From NCBI GenBank assembly GCA_963724165.1, contig CAVRTL010000006.1, forward strand, positions 200,466 to 264,465: DNA of 64,000 nucleotides, given 5' to 3'. The notes beneath the pieces are model-generated. The model had not been told where the DNA came from. It saw nothing but the letters and a program-made list of their open reading frames with translations, and searched no databases. The translations under genes were made by a program, and so were the position numbers. Shown piece after piece: positions 21,164-32,400 of this stretch (position 1 is its first letter; each line of letters opens with the position of its first letter). Source of the stretch: an uncultured Actinomycetota bacterium. GTDB taxonomy: Bacteria; Actinomycetota; Actinomycetes; Mycobacteriales; Mycobacteriaceae.

Positions 21164-23749
21164 GTGGCCCTTCCAAACCTGACTCGGGACGAAGCTGTCG
21201 AACGCGCCGCTCTGGTCACCGTCGACAGCTATCAGATCAGCCTCGACCTCACCGACGGCAGCGGTGCGCCGGGCGAACGAACCTTCCGCTCCACGACCAC
21301 CGTGGTGTTCGACGCGCTCGCCGGCGCCGAAACGGTCATCGACATCGCCGCCGACACCATCCGCGGCGCCACGCTCAACGGCCACGACCTCGACGTGTCG
21401 GGGTATGACGAATCGACCGGGATCCCGTTGCGCGGACTGGCCGACCGCAACGTCGTGGTCGTCGACGCCGACTGCCGCTATTCCAACACCGGCGAGGGGC
21501 TGCACCGCTTCGTCGACCCGGTCGACGACGAGACCTACTTGTACTCGCAATTCGAAACCGCCGACGCCAAACGCATGTTCGCCTGCTTCGACCAGCCCGA
21601 CCTCAAGGCCACTTTCGACGTGAAGGTGATCGCGCCCGACCACTGGAAGGTCGTCTCCAACGGCGCCGCCGTGTCCGTGGAAAACGGCGTACACAGCTTC
21701 GCCACCACGCCCCGGATGAGCACCTACCTGGTGGCCCTGATCGCGGGCCCGTACGCGGAATGGAACGACGCCTACAGCGACGAACACGGCGAGATCCCGC
21801 TGGGCATCTACTGCCGCGCCTCGCTGGCGCAGTACATGGACGCCGAGCGGCTGTTCACCCAGACCAAGCAGGGATTCGGCTTCTACCACAAGAACTTCGG
21901 GATGCCGTACGCGTTCGGCAAGTACGACCAACTCTTCGTCCCCGAATTCAATGCCGGCGCAATGGAAAACGCCGGCGCGGTGACGTTCCTCGAGGACTAC
22001 GTGTTCCGCAGCAAGGTCACCCGCGCCTCCTACGAGCGGCGCGCCGAGACGGTCCTGCACGAGATGGCGCACATGTGGTTCGGCGACCTGGTCACCATGA
22101 CCTGGTGGGACGACCTGTGGCTCAACGAGTCGTTCGCGACGTTCGCCTCGGTGCTGTGCCAGGCCGAGGCCACCGAGTTCACCGAGGCGTGGACGACCTT
22201 CGCCACCGTCGAGAAGTCGTGGGCCTACCGCCAGGACCAGCTGCCCTCGACGCACCCGATCGCCGCCGAGATCCCCGACCTGGCCGCCGTCGAGGTGAAC
22301 TTCGACGGGATCACCTACGCCAAGGGCGCTTCGGTGCTCAAGCAGCTGGTGGCCTACGTCGGGCTGGAGCATTTCCTGGCCGGGCTGCGCGACTATTTCC
22401 GCGCGCACGCGTTCGGCAACGCGAGGTTCTCCGACCTGATCGCCGCGCTGGAGAAGGCGTCCGGGCGCGACCTGTCGGATTGGGGCGGCCAATGGCTCAA
22501 GACCACCGGCCTGAACACGCTGCGGCCCGAATTCGACGTCGACTCCGAGGGCAGGTTCACCCGGTTCGTGGTGACGCAGGGCGGCGCCACGCCGGGTGCC
22601 GGCGAGACCCGGGCGCACCGGCTGGCGGTCGGCATCTATGACGACGATGGCTCCGGCAAGCTGGTGCGGACGCACCGAGAGGAGCTCGACGTCGAGGGAC
22701 CGGAAACGGAACTGCCTGCGCTGGTGGGCGTTTCACGCGGCAAGCTGGTCCTGGTCAACGACGACGACCTGACGTACTGCTCGCTGCGCCTGGACGGCGA
22801 GTCGCTGCGGACCGCGCTGGATCGGATCGCCGACATCGCCGAGCCGCTGCCCCGCTCGCTGGTGTGGTCGGCGGCGTGGGAGATGACCCGCGAGGCCGAA
22901 CTGCGTGCCCGTGACTTCGTGGCGCTGGTGACGGGCGGGGTGCACGCCGAGACCGAGGTCGGGGTGGCCCAGCGGCTGCTGATGCAGGCGCAGACGGCGC
23001 TGGCGTCCTACTCCGAACCGGGCTGGTCCCGCGAGCACGGCTGGCCGCAGTTCGCCGACCGGCTGCTGGAGCTGGCGCGCGGCGCGCAGCCCGGGTCGGA
23101 TCACCAGCTCGCGTTCGTCAACACGCTGTGCTCGTCGGTGCTGTCGGGCCGGCACGTCGCGACGCTGGCCGACCTACTCGATCGCGACCCCGCCGAGCTG
23201 GGCCTGCCCGGCCTCGAGGTGGACACCGACCTGCGCTGGCGCATCGTGACGGCGCTGGCCACTGCCGGGCACGTCGACGCCGACGGGCCCGCAACGCCGT
23301 TCATCGACGCCGAGGCGCAACGCGACCCGACGGCCGCCGGCCGGCGGCACGCCGCCCAGGCCGCGGCGGCGCGGCCGCAGCCCGGAGTCAAGGAGGAGGC
23401 CTGGACCAAGGTCGTCGAGGACGACACCCTGGCCAACATCACCGCCCGCTCGATGATCGCGGGCATCGCGGCGCCGGGCCAGGGTGAGCTCCTCCAGCCG
23501 TTCGCCGCGCGCTACTTCGAGGCAATACCCGGCGTCTGGGCGCGCCGGTCCAGCGAGGTCGCCCAGACCGTGGTGATCGGCCTGTACCCGCACTGGGACA
23601 TCAGCGAGGCCGGCATCGCCGCGGCCGACGAGTTCCTGCGCGCCCCCGAATCGGAGGTGCCGCCGGCGCTGCGCAGGCTGGTGCTGGAAGGCCAGGCCGG
23701 GGTCAAGCGGGCCCTGCGGGCCCGCACGCTGGACGCGGCCGGCGCTTAA
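21164..23749 (+). CDS. pepN: Aminopeptidase N (M1 family)
   Basis: GAMEN and HEMAH...E zinc motif. TAAGTT -10 at 21151-21156, 7 nt before the GTG (leaderless). Confidence 0.97.
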   Translation: MALPNLTRDEAVERAALVTVDSYQISLDLTDGSGAPGERTFRSTTTVVFDALAGAETVIDIAADTIRGATLNGHDLDVSGYDESTGIPLRGLADRNVVVVDADCRYSNTGEGLHRFVDPVDDETYLYSQFETADAKRMFACFDQPDLKATFDVKVIAPDHWKVVSNGAAVSVENGVHSFATTPRMSTYLVALIAGPYAEWNDAYSDEHGEIPLGIYCRASLAQYMDAERLFTQTKQGFGFYHKNFGMPYAFGKYDQLFVPEFNAGAMENAGAVTFLEDYVFRSKVTRASYERRAETVLHEMAHMWFGDLVTMTWWDDLWLNESFATFASVLCQAEATEFTEAWTTFATVEKSWAYRQDQLPSTHPIAAEIPDLAAVEVNFDGITYAKGASVLKQLVAYVGLEHFLAGLRDYFRAHAFGNARFSDLIAALEKASGRDLSDWGGQWLKTTGLNTLRPEFDVDSEGRFTRFVVTQGGATPGAGETRAHRLAVGIYDDDGSGKLVRTHREELDVEGPETELPALVGVSRGKLVLVNDDDLTYCSLRLDGESLRTALDRIADIAEPLPRSLVWSAAWEMTREAELRARDFVALVTGGVHAETEVGVAQRLLMQAQTALASYSEPGWSREHGWPQFADRLLELARGAQPGSDHQLAFVNTLCSSVLSGRHVATLADLLDRDPAELGLPGLEVDTDLRWRIVTALATAGHVDADGPATPFIDAEAQRDPTAAGRRHAAQAAAARPQPGVKEEAWTKVVEDDTLANITARSMIAGIAAPGQGELLQPFAARYFEAIPGVWARRSSEVAQTVVIGLYPHWDISEAGIAAADEFLRAPESEVPPALRRLVLEGQAGVKRALRARTLDAAGA

Positions 23750-23756
23750 CGCCTCC

Positions 23757-23816
23757 GCGAGCGTGCGTGGTTGTACGCCCGTGAGCGGCGTGTCTCGCAC
23801 AAACACGCACGCTCGC
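23757..23816. repeat. REP-like palindrome / probable bidirectional terminator
   Basis: 13-bp perfect arms GCGAGCGTGCGTG (23757-69) and CACGCACGCTCGC (23804-16), between convergent genes. Confidence 0.8.
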
Positions 23817-23834
23817 CGGCGGCGCTGCGCGCCG

Positions 23835-24302
23835 CTACGCGGGTGAAATGCCCGCGCTGAGCACGCGGATCGCGCTGACCAGCCCGTCGACCAGATCACC
23901 CTGCTCGAACGCCGACGCGGCGGCGGCCACGCCCAGCGGCGCGGCCGACTCGGCGCCGCGACCGCGGACCTGCGAGCCGTAGACCACCTCGATCGCGCAC
24001 TGGTCGGGCGAGACGGCCAGCAGCACCGCGTTGTCCGGCGTCGGGACCTTGGCCAGGATCTCGCGCGCCCGCGCGGCGGTGTCGCTGCCCAGGTCGCCGA
24101 GGTAGATGGCGAACCGCGCCTTGGACGCCCGCGAGCCGTACTTCAGCGCGTCGTCGATCGCGACGAGGTCCTTGATCGGGAACGGGTAGTGCACCGACAG
24201 CTCGCCGGGCTCGGTGATCGCCGAGATCCGTCCGCTGCTGGTGATGACCGCACCCTCGGGCAGGTTGTTCGGGTCGATCGTCGCGAGCTCACCATGTCCC
24301 AC
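23835..24302 (-). CDS. DUF5130 protein, cytochrome bcc-aa3 supercomplex subunit (Rv2468c / CtaI-like)
   Basis: [20 protein letters not shown]...[16 protein letters not shown] matches the recalled Rv2468c sequence. Confidence 0.88.
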   Translation of the reverse strand: MGHGELATIDPNNLPEGAVITSSGRISAITEPGELSVHYPFPIKDLVAIDDALKYGSRASKARFAIYLGDLGSDTAARAREILAKVPTPDNAVLLAVSPDQCAIEVVYGSQVRGRGAESAAPLGVAAAASAFEQGDLVDGLVSAIRVLSAGISPA

Positions 24303-24525
24303 TGGCGCCACCTCCCACCGAGAACGTCGCCGCTCCGTGCCCGCCGTGCGCGTGGCCGACGTCTTCGTCCGTGGCGGCCCACAGGATCGGCGGATGTGTC
24401 CACCGCTCCGAGAGCTTGTAGGTCGCGGGGTGCGGCCCCTTGCGCGACCAAATCGGCACCGCCAGCAGGATCACCAGCAGCAACGGGACTCCGATGAAGA
24501 ACAGGTGGATCTGAAGAAGACTCAC
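24289..24525 (-). CDS. ctaJ: Small membrane subunit CtaJ of the respiratory supercomplex (Rv2468A-like)
   Basis: [38 protein letters not shown]...[14 protein letters not shown] -10 7 nt before GTG 24525. Confidence 0.85.
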   Translation of the reverse strand: MSLLQIHLFFIGVPLLLVILLAVPIWSRKGPHPATYKLSERWTHPPILWAATDEDVGHAHGGHGAATFSVGGGASGTW

Positions 24526-24583
24526 GAGGCAAACCGTATCCCACCCGGCCGGCTTTCGGAGCGCCAGGACCGGCCCGGAATTA

Positions 24584-25249
<666 letters not shown>

Positions 25250-25391
25250 AGATCCTCCGCGGATAGTCCACCATGATTCGCCGCCAATCGCACGCCTATT
25301 GCAGGTGTAGGCCGTGTCGAACCGGTGAACACCAGGCGAGGTTGTGGCCCGGCTCGCCTCGCCGCGCCGCCGATGCATCACAATGGAGGGG

Positions 25392-25781
25392 ATGGATCAG
25401 GAGAGCTTTTACGACGCCGTCGGCGGTGCCGAGACCTTCAACACGATCGTGTCCCGCTTCTACGCTCAGGTTCCCGAGGACGAGATACTGCGCGAGCTGT
25501 ACCCCGCCGACGACCTGGCGGGCGCCGAGGAACGGTTGCGGATGTTCCTCGAGCAGTACTGGGGCGGGCCGCGGACGTACTCCGACCGGCGCGGCCATCC
25601 GCGGCTGCGGATGCGGCACGCGCCGTTCCGGATCACTCCGATCGAGCGCGACGCCTGGCTGCGCTGCATGCACACCGCCGTCGCCTCGATCGACTCTCAG
25701 ACCCTCGACGACGAGCACCGCAAAGAGCTGATCGACTACCTCGAGATGGCCGCCCACTCCATGGTGAATTCCACGATCTGA
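25392..25781 (+). CDS. glbO: Group II truncated hemoglobin HbO
   Basis: [20 protein letters not shown] and [18 protein letters not shown]. Confidence 0.96.
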   Translation: MDQESFYDAVGGAETFNTIVSRFYAQVPEDEILRELYPADDLAGAEERLRMFLEQYWGGPRTYSDRRGHPRLRMRHAPFRITPIERDAWLRCMHTAVASIDSQTLDDEHRKELIDYLEMAAHSMVNSTI

Positions 25782-27352
25782 TGTCCGGAGAAAACATGCG
25801 CAAGCCGTGGTGGTCGAGCGCGGTCTTCTACCAGGTGTATCCGCGGTCGTTCGCCGACAGCAACGGCGACGGGGTCGGCGACCTGGACGGCCTGGCGGCC
25901 CGGCTAAACCACCTCGAAGAACTCGGTGTCGACGCAATCTGGCTCAACCCGGTCACCGTCTCGCCGATGGCCGACCACGGCTACGACGTGGCGGACCCGC
26001 GCGACGTGGATCCGCTGTTCGGCGGGATGGCCGCCATCGAACGGTTGATCGTCGCGGCCCACGAGCGGGGCATCAAGGTGACCATGGACGTGGTGCCCAA
26101 CCACACGAGTTCGGCGCATCCCTGGTTCGAGGCGGCCGTGGCCGCGGGCCCCGGCACCGAGGCGCGGGATCGGTACTTCTTCCGCGACGGACGCGGGCCC
26201 GACGGCGCGCTGCCGCCCAACAACTGGAACTCGGTGTTCGGCGGGCCGGCCTGGACGCGCGTGGTCGAACCGGACGGCAACCCCGGCCAGTGGTATCTGC
26301 ACCTCTTTGACGCCGAGCAGCCGGACCTCAACTGGGACAACCCGGAGGTCTTCGGCGACTTCGAGAAGACGCTGCGGTTCTGGCTGGAACGCGGGGTGGA
26401 CGGCTTCCGCATCGACGTGGCGCACGGCATGGCCAAGCCGCCCGGGCTACCGGACGCCAAGGACGAGGTCAAGGTGTTGCAGCACAGCGACGACGATCCG
26501 CGCTTCAACAACCCCAGCGTGCACGAGATCCACCGCGGGATCCGCACGATCGTCGACGACTATCCGCAGGCGGTGACCATCGGCGAGGTCTGGGTCCTCG
26601 ACAACGCCCGCTGGGCCGAATATTTGCGGCCCGACGAACTGCATCTCGGCTTCAACTTCCGGCTGACCAAGATTGCATTCGCCGCGGCCGAGATTCACGA
26701 CGCGATCCAGAATTCGCTGGCGGCAACCGCGATCGAGAACGCCACGCCGACGTGGACGCTGTCCAACCACGACGTGGGCCGGGAGGTCACCCGCTACGGC
26801 GGCGGCGAGGCCGGGCTGCGCCGGGCGCGCGCGATGGCGATGGTGATGTTCGCCCTGCCCGGCGCCGTATTCGTCTACAACGGCGAGGAGTTGGGCCTGC
26901 CCGACGTCGCACTGCCCGACGAGGTGCTGCAAGACCCGACGTGGGAACGGTCCGGGCGCACCGAGCGCGGCCGCGACAAGTGCCGGGTGCCGATGCCGTG
27001 GTCGGGCGAGGCTCCCCCGTTCGGGTTCTCCAGTTCCGCCGACACCTGGCTGCCGATGCCCCCGGAATGGGCGACGCTGACCGTCGAAAAGCAGCGCACC
27101 GACCCCGACTCCACCCTGTCGTTCTACCGGCGGGCGATCGAATTACGCAGGGACCGAAGCGAGTTCGACGGCATGCTGGATTGGCTGACCGCGCCCCGCG
27201 ATGCGCTGACCTTCCGCCGCGCCGGTGGCCTGGTGTGCGCCCTCAACGCCGGGGCCCGCCCCATCCCGCTGCCGGGCGGCGAGGTAATCCTGACCAGCGC
27301 GCCGCTGGTCGACGGCGAACTGCCCCCCGACGCCGCGGCCTGGCTGGTCTAG
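25781..27352 (+). CDS. aglA: GH13 alpha-glucosidase
   Basis: YQVYPRSFADSNGDG, DVVPNH, GFRIDVA, GEV and NHD. ATG overlaps the glbO stop (TGATG). Confidence 0.93.
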   Translation: MSGENMRKPWWSSAVFYQVYPRSFADSNGDGVGDLDGLAARLNHLEELGVDAIWLNPVTVSPMADHGYDVADPRDVDPLFGGMAAIERLIVAAHERGIKVTMDVVPNHTSSAHPWFEAAVAAGPGTEARDRYFFRDGRGPDGALPPNNWNSVFGGPAWTRVVEPDGNPGQWYLHLFDAEQPDLNWDNPEVFGDFEKTLRFWLERGVDGFRIDVAHGMAKPPGLPDAKDEVKVLQHSDDDPRFNNPSVHEIHRGIRTIVDDYPQAVTIGEVWVLDNARWAEYLRPDELHLGFNFRLTKIAFAAAEIHDAIQNSLAATAIENATPTWTLSNHDVGREVTRYGGGEAGLRRARAMAMVMFALPGAVFVYNGEELGLPDVALPDEVLQDPTWERSGRTERGRDKCRVPMPWSGEAPPFGFSSSADTWLPMPPEWATLTVEKQRTDPDSTLSFYRRAIELRRDRSEFDGMLDWLTAPRDALTFRRAGGLVCALNAGARPIPLPGGEVILTSAPLVDGELPPDAAAWLV

Positions 27353-27371
27353 TCGCGCTTCCGGTTTGGAT

Positions 27372-28409
27372 ATGGGGCCATACGCGTGGACCGTGGTCGG
27401 GGCCGGGCCCGCCGGCATCGCCGCGGTGGGAAAGCTGCTGGATCGGGGGATAGCGGGCGAGGAGATCGCCTGGATCGACCCGGCCTTCGCCGGTGGCGAC
27501 ATCGGCGAAAGGTGGCGGTCGGTGTCGAGCAACACGCAGGCCGGCCACTTCCTGGACTATCTGAGCGGCTCGGAGGCTTTCCGGTTCTCCGAGGCGCCGC
27601 CCATGCCACTGCGGGAGGTCGACCCCGAAGAAACCTGCGCACTAGCCCTGATCGCCGACCCGTTGGCCTGGGTCACGCAGCAGTTGCGTCAGCGCGTCCA
27701 GGTTTTCCAGACGACCGCGACCGCGCTGTCCCTGCACGGCCGGCAGTGGACGATCCAAACCGAGCAGCAGCAACTGGTCTCAGAGAAAGTGATCCTGGCT
27801 GTGGGCGCGGTTCCCAAGAAACTTTCGTATCCGGGCCTCGAAGAGATTCCCGTGGAGGTCGCACTCGACATCGAGAAGCTCTCGGACCAGCCACTCGAGG
27901 GTGCGACGGTCGGCGTGTTCGGGTCCTCGCACACGGCGATGATCGTGGTACCGCACCTGTTGCGCCAGCCCGTCGAAAAAGTGATCAACTTCTACCGAAG
28001 TCCGCTCAAATACGCCATCTACCTAGATGATTGGATCTTGTTCGATGACACCGGACTCAAAGGCCGCGCGGCCGTCTGGGCTCGGGAGAACATCGACGGG
28101 GTGCATCCGGAAAAGCTGGAAAGGTGCCTGGTTTCCGGACCCGGGTTCGACGACAAACTCGCCGAGTGTGACCGCGTCGTTTATGCCGTGGGCTTCGCAC
28201 GCAGACGGCTGCCCGAAACCCCACAGTGGGGCGAGCTGGACTACAACTCGAGCAACGGCATCCTCGCCCCCGGGCTGTTCGGTGTGGGGATCGCGTTCCC
28301 GGAGTACGTGATCGACCCCTACGGCTATGGGCAGTATCGGGTTGGCCTGAAGAAATTCATCGAATACCTGCAGTGCGTCCTGCCCTTGTGGGCGGCCTAC
28401 GGAACCTGA
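27372..28409 (+). CDS. FAD-dependent pyridine nucleotide-disulfide oxidoreductase-like protein (accessory)
   Basis: N-terminal VVGAGPAG, LAVGA, second Rossmann-like GVFGSSHTA, and YAVGF. More A/T-ending codons than its neighbours. Confidence 0.75.
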   Translation: MGPYAWTVVGAGPAGIAAVGKLLDRGIAGEEIAWIDPAFAGGDIGERWRSVSSNTQAGHFLDYLSGSEAFRFSEAPPMPLREVDPEETCALALIADPLAWVTQQLRQRVQVFQTTATALSLHGRQWTIQTEQQQLVSEKVILAVGAVPKKLSYPGLEEIPVEVALDIEKLSDQPLEGATVGVFGSSHTAMIVVPHLLRQPVEKVINFYRSPLKYAIYLDDWILFDDTGLKGRAAVWARENIDGVHPEKLERCLVSGPGFDDKLAECDRVVYAVGFARRRLPETPQWGELDYNSSNGILAPGLFGVGIAFPEYVIDPYGYGQYRVGLKKFIEYLQCVLPLWAAYGT

Positions 28410-29072
28410 TCAGCGCAGCACGAGCGCCGGGTCGCCGCGGCGCCGGTACACCGAGCCGAACCGGGCGTCAACCCGCAGCCACGTCGGCATGACGCGGACC
28501 CGGATGATCTCGTCGTCGGCGATCGCATCCGGTTGCTGCGGCAGGAAACCCATCGCGGTCAAGGCGAACACGCAGCGCATGGGGAGCCCCACGCTTTCGT
28601 CACCGGAGCTGACCCGGATGACCTCCTGGTCCAGCAGCGACACCGGCGGGCCGTGGGAACTGCTGTGCTCCTTGGCCAGCCGGGTGCCCCGCTCGGCGAG
28701 GTCCAGCAGGACCCGGGCGGGCACGTCGTCGAGATGGGTGAAGCCGGATTCCGGGGGTAGGGCCCCCCGCCACGCCGAGTCCATCGAGAAACCCGGGTCG
28801 ACGTAGCCCGAGTCGTCCATCGCGGCCAGACCGCGCGCCAACGAGTCCGCGGCCACCGACAGGTCGTCGGGCCGCACCGCGCCCACCACCACGCGGCAGG
28901 CCAGCACGTCGAAACCCGTTGCCACCCAGGACGTCACCAGCCCGCCGGCCCGGGTGCGCAGCCGGATCACGGCGGCGTCGTCGAGCCGCATCGCGCGCTC
29001 GACGAACGTGGCCAGGTCGGCGCGCTGCGCAGCGCCGCCGTTGGGACCCAGCCACAGTCCGCGCTCGGCCAT
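28410..29072 (-). CDS. Conserved hypothetical protein (Rv2474c-like)
   Basis: MAERGLWL...RADLATFV...SMDSAWRG.LPP...DARFGSVYR matches the recalled Rv2474c sequence. Confidence 0.85.
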   Translation of the reverse strand: MAERGLWLGPNGGAAQRADLATFVERAMRLDDAAVIRLRTRAGGLVTSWVATGFDVLACRVVVGAVRPDDLSVAADSLARGLAAMDDSGYVDPGFSMDSAWRGALPPESGFTHLDDVPARVLLDLAERGTRLAKEHSSSHGPPVSLLDQEVIRVSSGDESVGLPMRCVFALTAMGFLPQQPDAIADDEIIRVRVMPTWLRVDARFGSVYRRRGDPALVLR

Positions 29073-29080
29073 GCCGCCTC

Positions 29081-29497
29081 CTAGTCCCGCATCCACCGCG
29101 CCAGGTACTCCTTTTGCTGTGGCGAGAGCCGCTCCAAGCGCTGCTCTTCGATATGGACCGCGGCCAGCTGCGACTCGGCGATGACGGCGGGCCTGGAGTC
29201 GGGATCGGCGTTGACCGACCGCACCTCGTAGCCCAGGGTGAAATCGACCGTCCGCAGCCGCTTGGTCCAGATGGTCACCTGCAGAGGCGAATCGGTGAGC
29301 CGCAGCTGGGCCTTGTAGGTGACCCGCACATCGGCGATCAGCAACCCGACGGTGGCGATGTCGAGGGCGAACGGCTCGGTGAGGAACGGCACCCGCGCCT
29401 CTTCGAGGATGGTCACCATGGTGGCGTGGTTGATGTGCTGGTACATGTCGATATCCGACCAGCGCACCGGCACGGGCGCGACGTAGCCAACACTCAA
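29081..29497 (-). CDS. Acyl-CoA thioesterase (4HBT-like, Rv2475c)
   Basis: [15 protein letters not shown] motif. TTG start overlaps the gdh stop. Confidence 0.88.
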   Translation of the reverse strand: MSVGYVAPVPVRWSDIDMYQHINHATMVTILEEARVPFLTEPFALDIATVGLLIADVRVTYKAQLRLTDSPLQVTIWTKRLRTVDFTLGYEVRSVNADPDSRPAVIAESQLAAVHIEEQRLERLSPQQKEYLARWMRD

Positions 29498-32400
29498 CTC
29501 GACGAACCTCTTCCACTCGTGCGGGTCATGCGACGGATCTGTCGCGCGGCCACCGACAACGTCGCGAGATCCTTGGACCCGGTTTCCTGGATTTCGGCGA
29601 GCGTCCGGCGGGCCCGCTCCACCCGCGAGGCGCTGATGTGTTCCCACTCCGCGATCTTCTCCTCGCCCGTTTCGTCGGGCTCCCCCACGGCCAGCACGTC
29701 GAAGCACAACGAGCGCAGCGACGCGTAGATGTCGTCGCGAATCGCCAAGCGCGCCAACGAATGCCAGCGGTCATTCCGCGGCAGCTCCGACACCGCCGTC
29801 AGCAGGCCGTCGGTGCCCAGCCGATCCATCAGCGCGAAGTAGGTGTCGGCGACCTCGGCGGCGTCGACATCGTTGATGTCGGCGATGTCGATGATGTCGA
29901 GCAGGCTGAAGCGGTACAGGCCGGCGGCGACGAGGTAGGCCAGGTCCTGCGGGGTGCCCTGGGAGGCGAATTCCGCAGCCTCCTTCTCGACGATCGCCTT
30001 GTCGTCACCGCGCAGCCACTCCGACATCCGCGGGGTCAGCTCCTTGACCTTGGCGGCGAACCGGTTGATCTCGGCGCCCACGGCCAGCGGCTGCGGACGG
30101 TAGTTGAGCAGCCAGCGTCCGGCGCGGTCGATCAAGCCGCCTGGTGTCCAGCGTCAGCCGGTCCGACAGGGCGACCGGCACGTCGGCCGAGCGGATCCAC
30201 CGCCACAGGTGGTCCACGTCGAAGATGGCGTCGGTCGCGACATAGGTGCGCACCGCGTCGACCGGCCGCACGCCGACGTCCTCGGCGAGCCGGAAGGCGT
30301 AGCTGATGCCCCCGGTGTCCACCAGGTCGTTGATCAGCATGGTGGTGACGATCTCGCGGCGCAGCTGGTGCGTTGCGGATCTCGGGGGTGAACCGGTCCC
30401 GCAGCTGCGTCGGGAAGTACTGCGGCAGCCGGGAGGCGAACACGTCCTGTTCGGGCAGCTCGGTGGCCAGCATGTCTTCCTTGAGGCCCAGCTTGACGTG
30501 GGCCATCAGCGTGCACAGTTCGGGCGAGGTGAGCCCGATACCCGCCTCCGCGCGGCGGCGGATCTCCTTTTCCGAGGGCAGCGCCTCCAGCTCGCGGTTG
30601 AGCCCGCGCTCGTCCACCAGGAACTTGATCTGCCGTTCGTGCACCGGCAGCAGGCTGGCCGAGTTGGCGCGGCTGGTTCCGATCAGGTCGTTCTGGTCCG
30701 CGTTGTCGGTGAGCACCAGCCGCGCCACCTCGTCGGTCATCGACTCCAGCAGGTCTTTGCGCTCGCCCGCCTCGACCTTGCCCGCGGTGACCAGCGAGTC
30801 GATCAGGATCTTGATGTTGACCTCGTGGTCGGAGCAGTCCACGCCGGCGGAGTTGTCCATGGCGTCGGTGTTGATGCGCCCGCCGGACAGGTCGAACTCG
30901 ACGCGGCCCCGCGCCGTCACGCCGAGGTTGCCGCCCTCGCCGATCACCTTGGCGCGCACCTGGTTTGCGTTGACCCGCACCGGGTCGTTGGCGCGGTCGC
31001 CCACGTCGGAGTCGGATTCGGACTCGGCCTTGATGTAGGTGCCGATGCCGCCGTTGAACAGCAGGTCCACCGGCGCGGCCAGGATCGCCTTGATCAGGTT
31101 GGGCGGGGCCATCTCGTCGGCCCCTCCTTCACCCTGGACCTCGATGCCGAGAGCGGCGCGGACCTGCTCGCTGACCGGGATGGCCTTCTGTTCGCGGGCG
31201 TAGACCCCGCCACCCTCGCTGATCAGCGACTTGTCGTAGTCGTCCCAGCTGGAGCGCGCCTGCTCGAACAGCCGGCGGCGCTCGGCGAAGGAGGCCTCGG
31301 CGTCGGGGTCCGGGTCGAGGAAGACGTGCCGGTGGTCGAAGGCGGCGATCAGCCGGATGTGCTTGGACAGCAGCATGCCGTTGCCGAACACGTCGCCGCT
31401 CATGTCGCCGATGCCGACGACGGTGAAGTCCTCGGCCTGGGTGTCGACCCCCATCTCCCGGAAGTGCCGCTTGACGGCCTCCCACGCGCCCTTGGCGGTG
31501 ATGCCCATCGCCTTGTGGTCGTAGCCCACCGATCCGCCGGAGGCGAAGGCGTCGCCGAGCCAGAACCCGTAGGACTTGGCGACGTCGTTGGCGATGTCGG
31601 AGAACGTGGCGGTGCCCTTGTCGGCGGCCACCACCAGGTAGGCGTCGTCGCCGTCGCGCCGCACCACCCCGGGCGGCGGATTGACCTTACCGGTGGCGTG
31701 GTCGACGTTGTCGGTGAGCTCGAGCAGCCCGGAGATGAACAGTTGGTAGCAGGCCACGCCTTCGTTGCGGGTGGCGTCGCGGTCGGCGGCGGCGTCGCCG
31801 GTGGGCAGCGGCGGGTCCTTGACGACGAACCCGCCTTTGGCCCCGACCGGCACGATGACGGCGTTCTTCACCGCCTGCGCCTTGACCAGACCCAGGACTT
31901 CGGTGCGGAAGTCGTCGCGGCGGTCCGACCAGCGCAGGCCGCCGCGCGCCACCGGACCGAACCTCAGGTGCACGCCCTCGACGCGGGGCGAATAGATGAA
32001 GATCTCGTAGCGGGGACGCGGCAGCGGCAGCTCGTCGATGAGCTGCGCGTCGAGCTTGAGCGCCAGGACGTTGCGGTCCCGGGCCGAATCCTTCCGGGTG
32101 ACAAAGTAATTGGTCCGCAGCGTGGCCTGGACCAGCGACGCGAAGGCACGCATGATGCGGTCGGTGTCCAGGCTGCGCAACGCGTCGATGTCCGCGGCGA
32201 CCGCGTTGGCCGCCGCCTGCGCCTCGCGGCTGCCCGACGACCCCTCGGGGTTGAACAGCGCCTCGAACAACGCGACGAGGGAGCGCGCCGTGGTGGGGTG
32301 GTCGTTGAGCACCGCTTCCATGTGGGACTGGCTGTAGGGAAAGCCCGCCTGCCGAAGGTATTTGGTGTAGGCCCGCAGCAGCACGACCTGCTGCCAGGTC

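Noticed and set aside
30120-30380. Programmed ribosomal frameshifting in gdh
   Set aside because: No slippery heptamer, two shifts would be required, and homologs are single ORFs.
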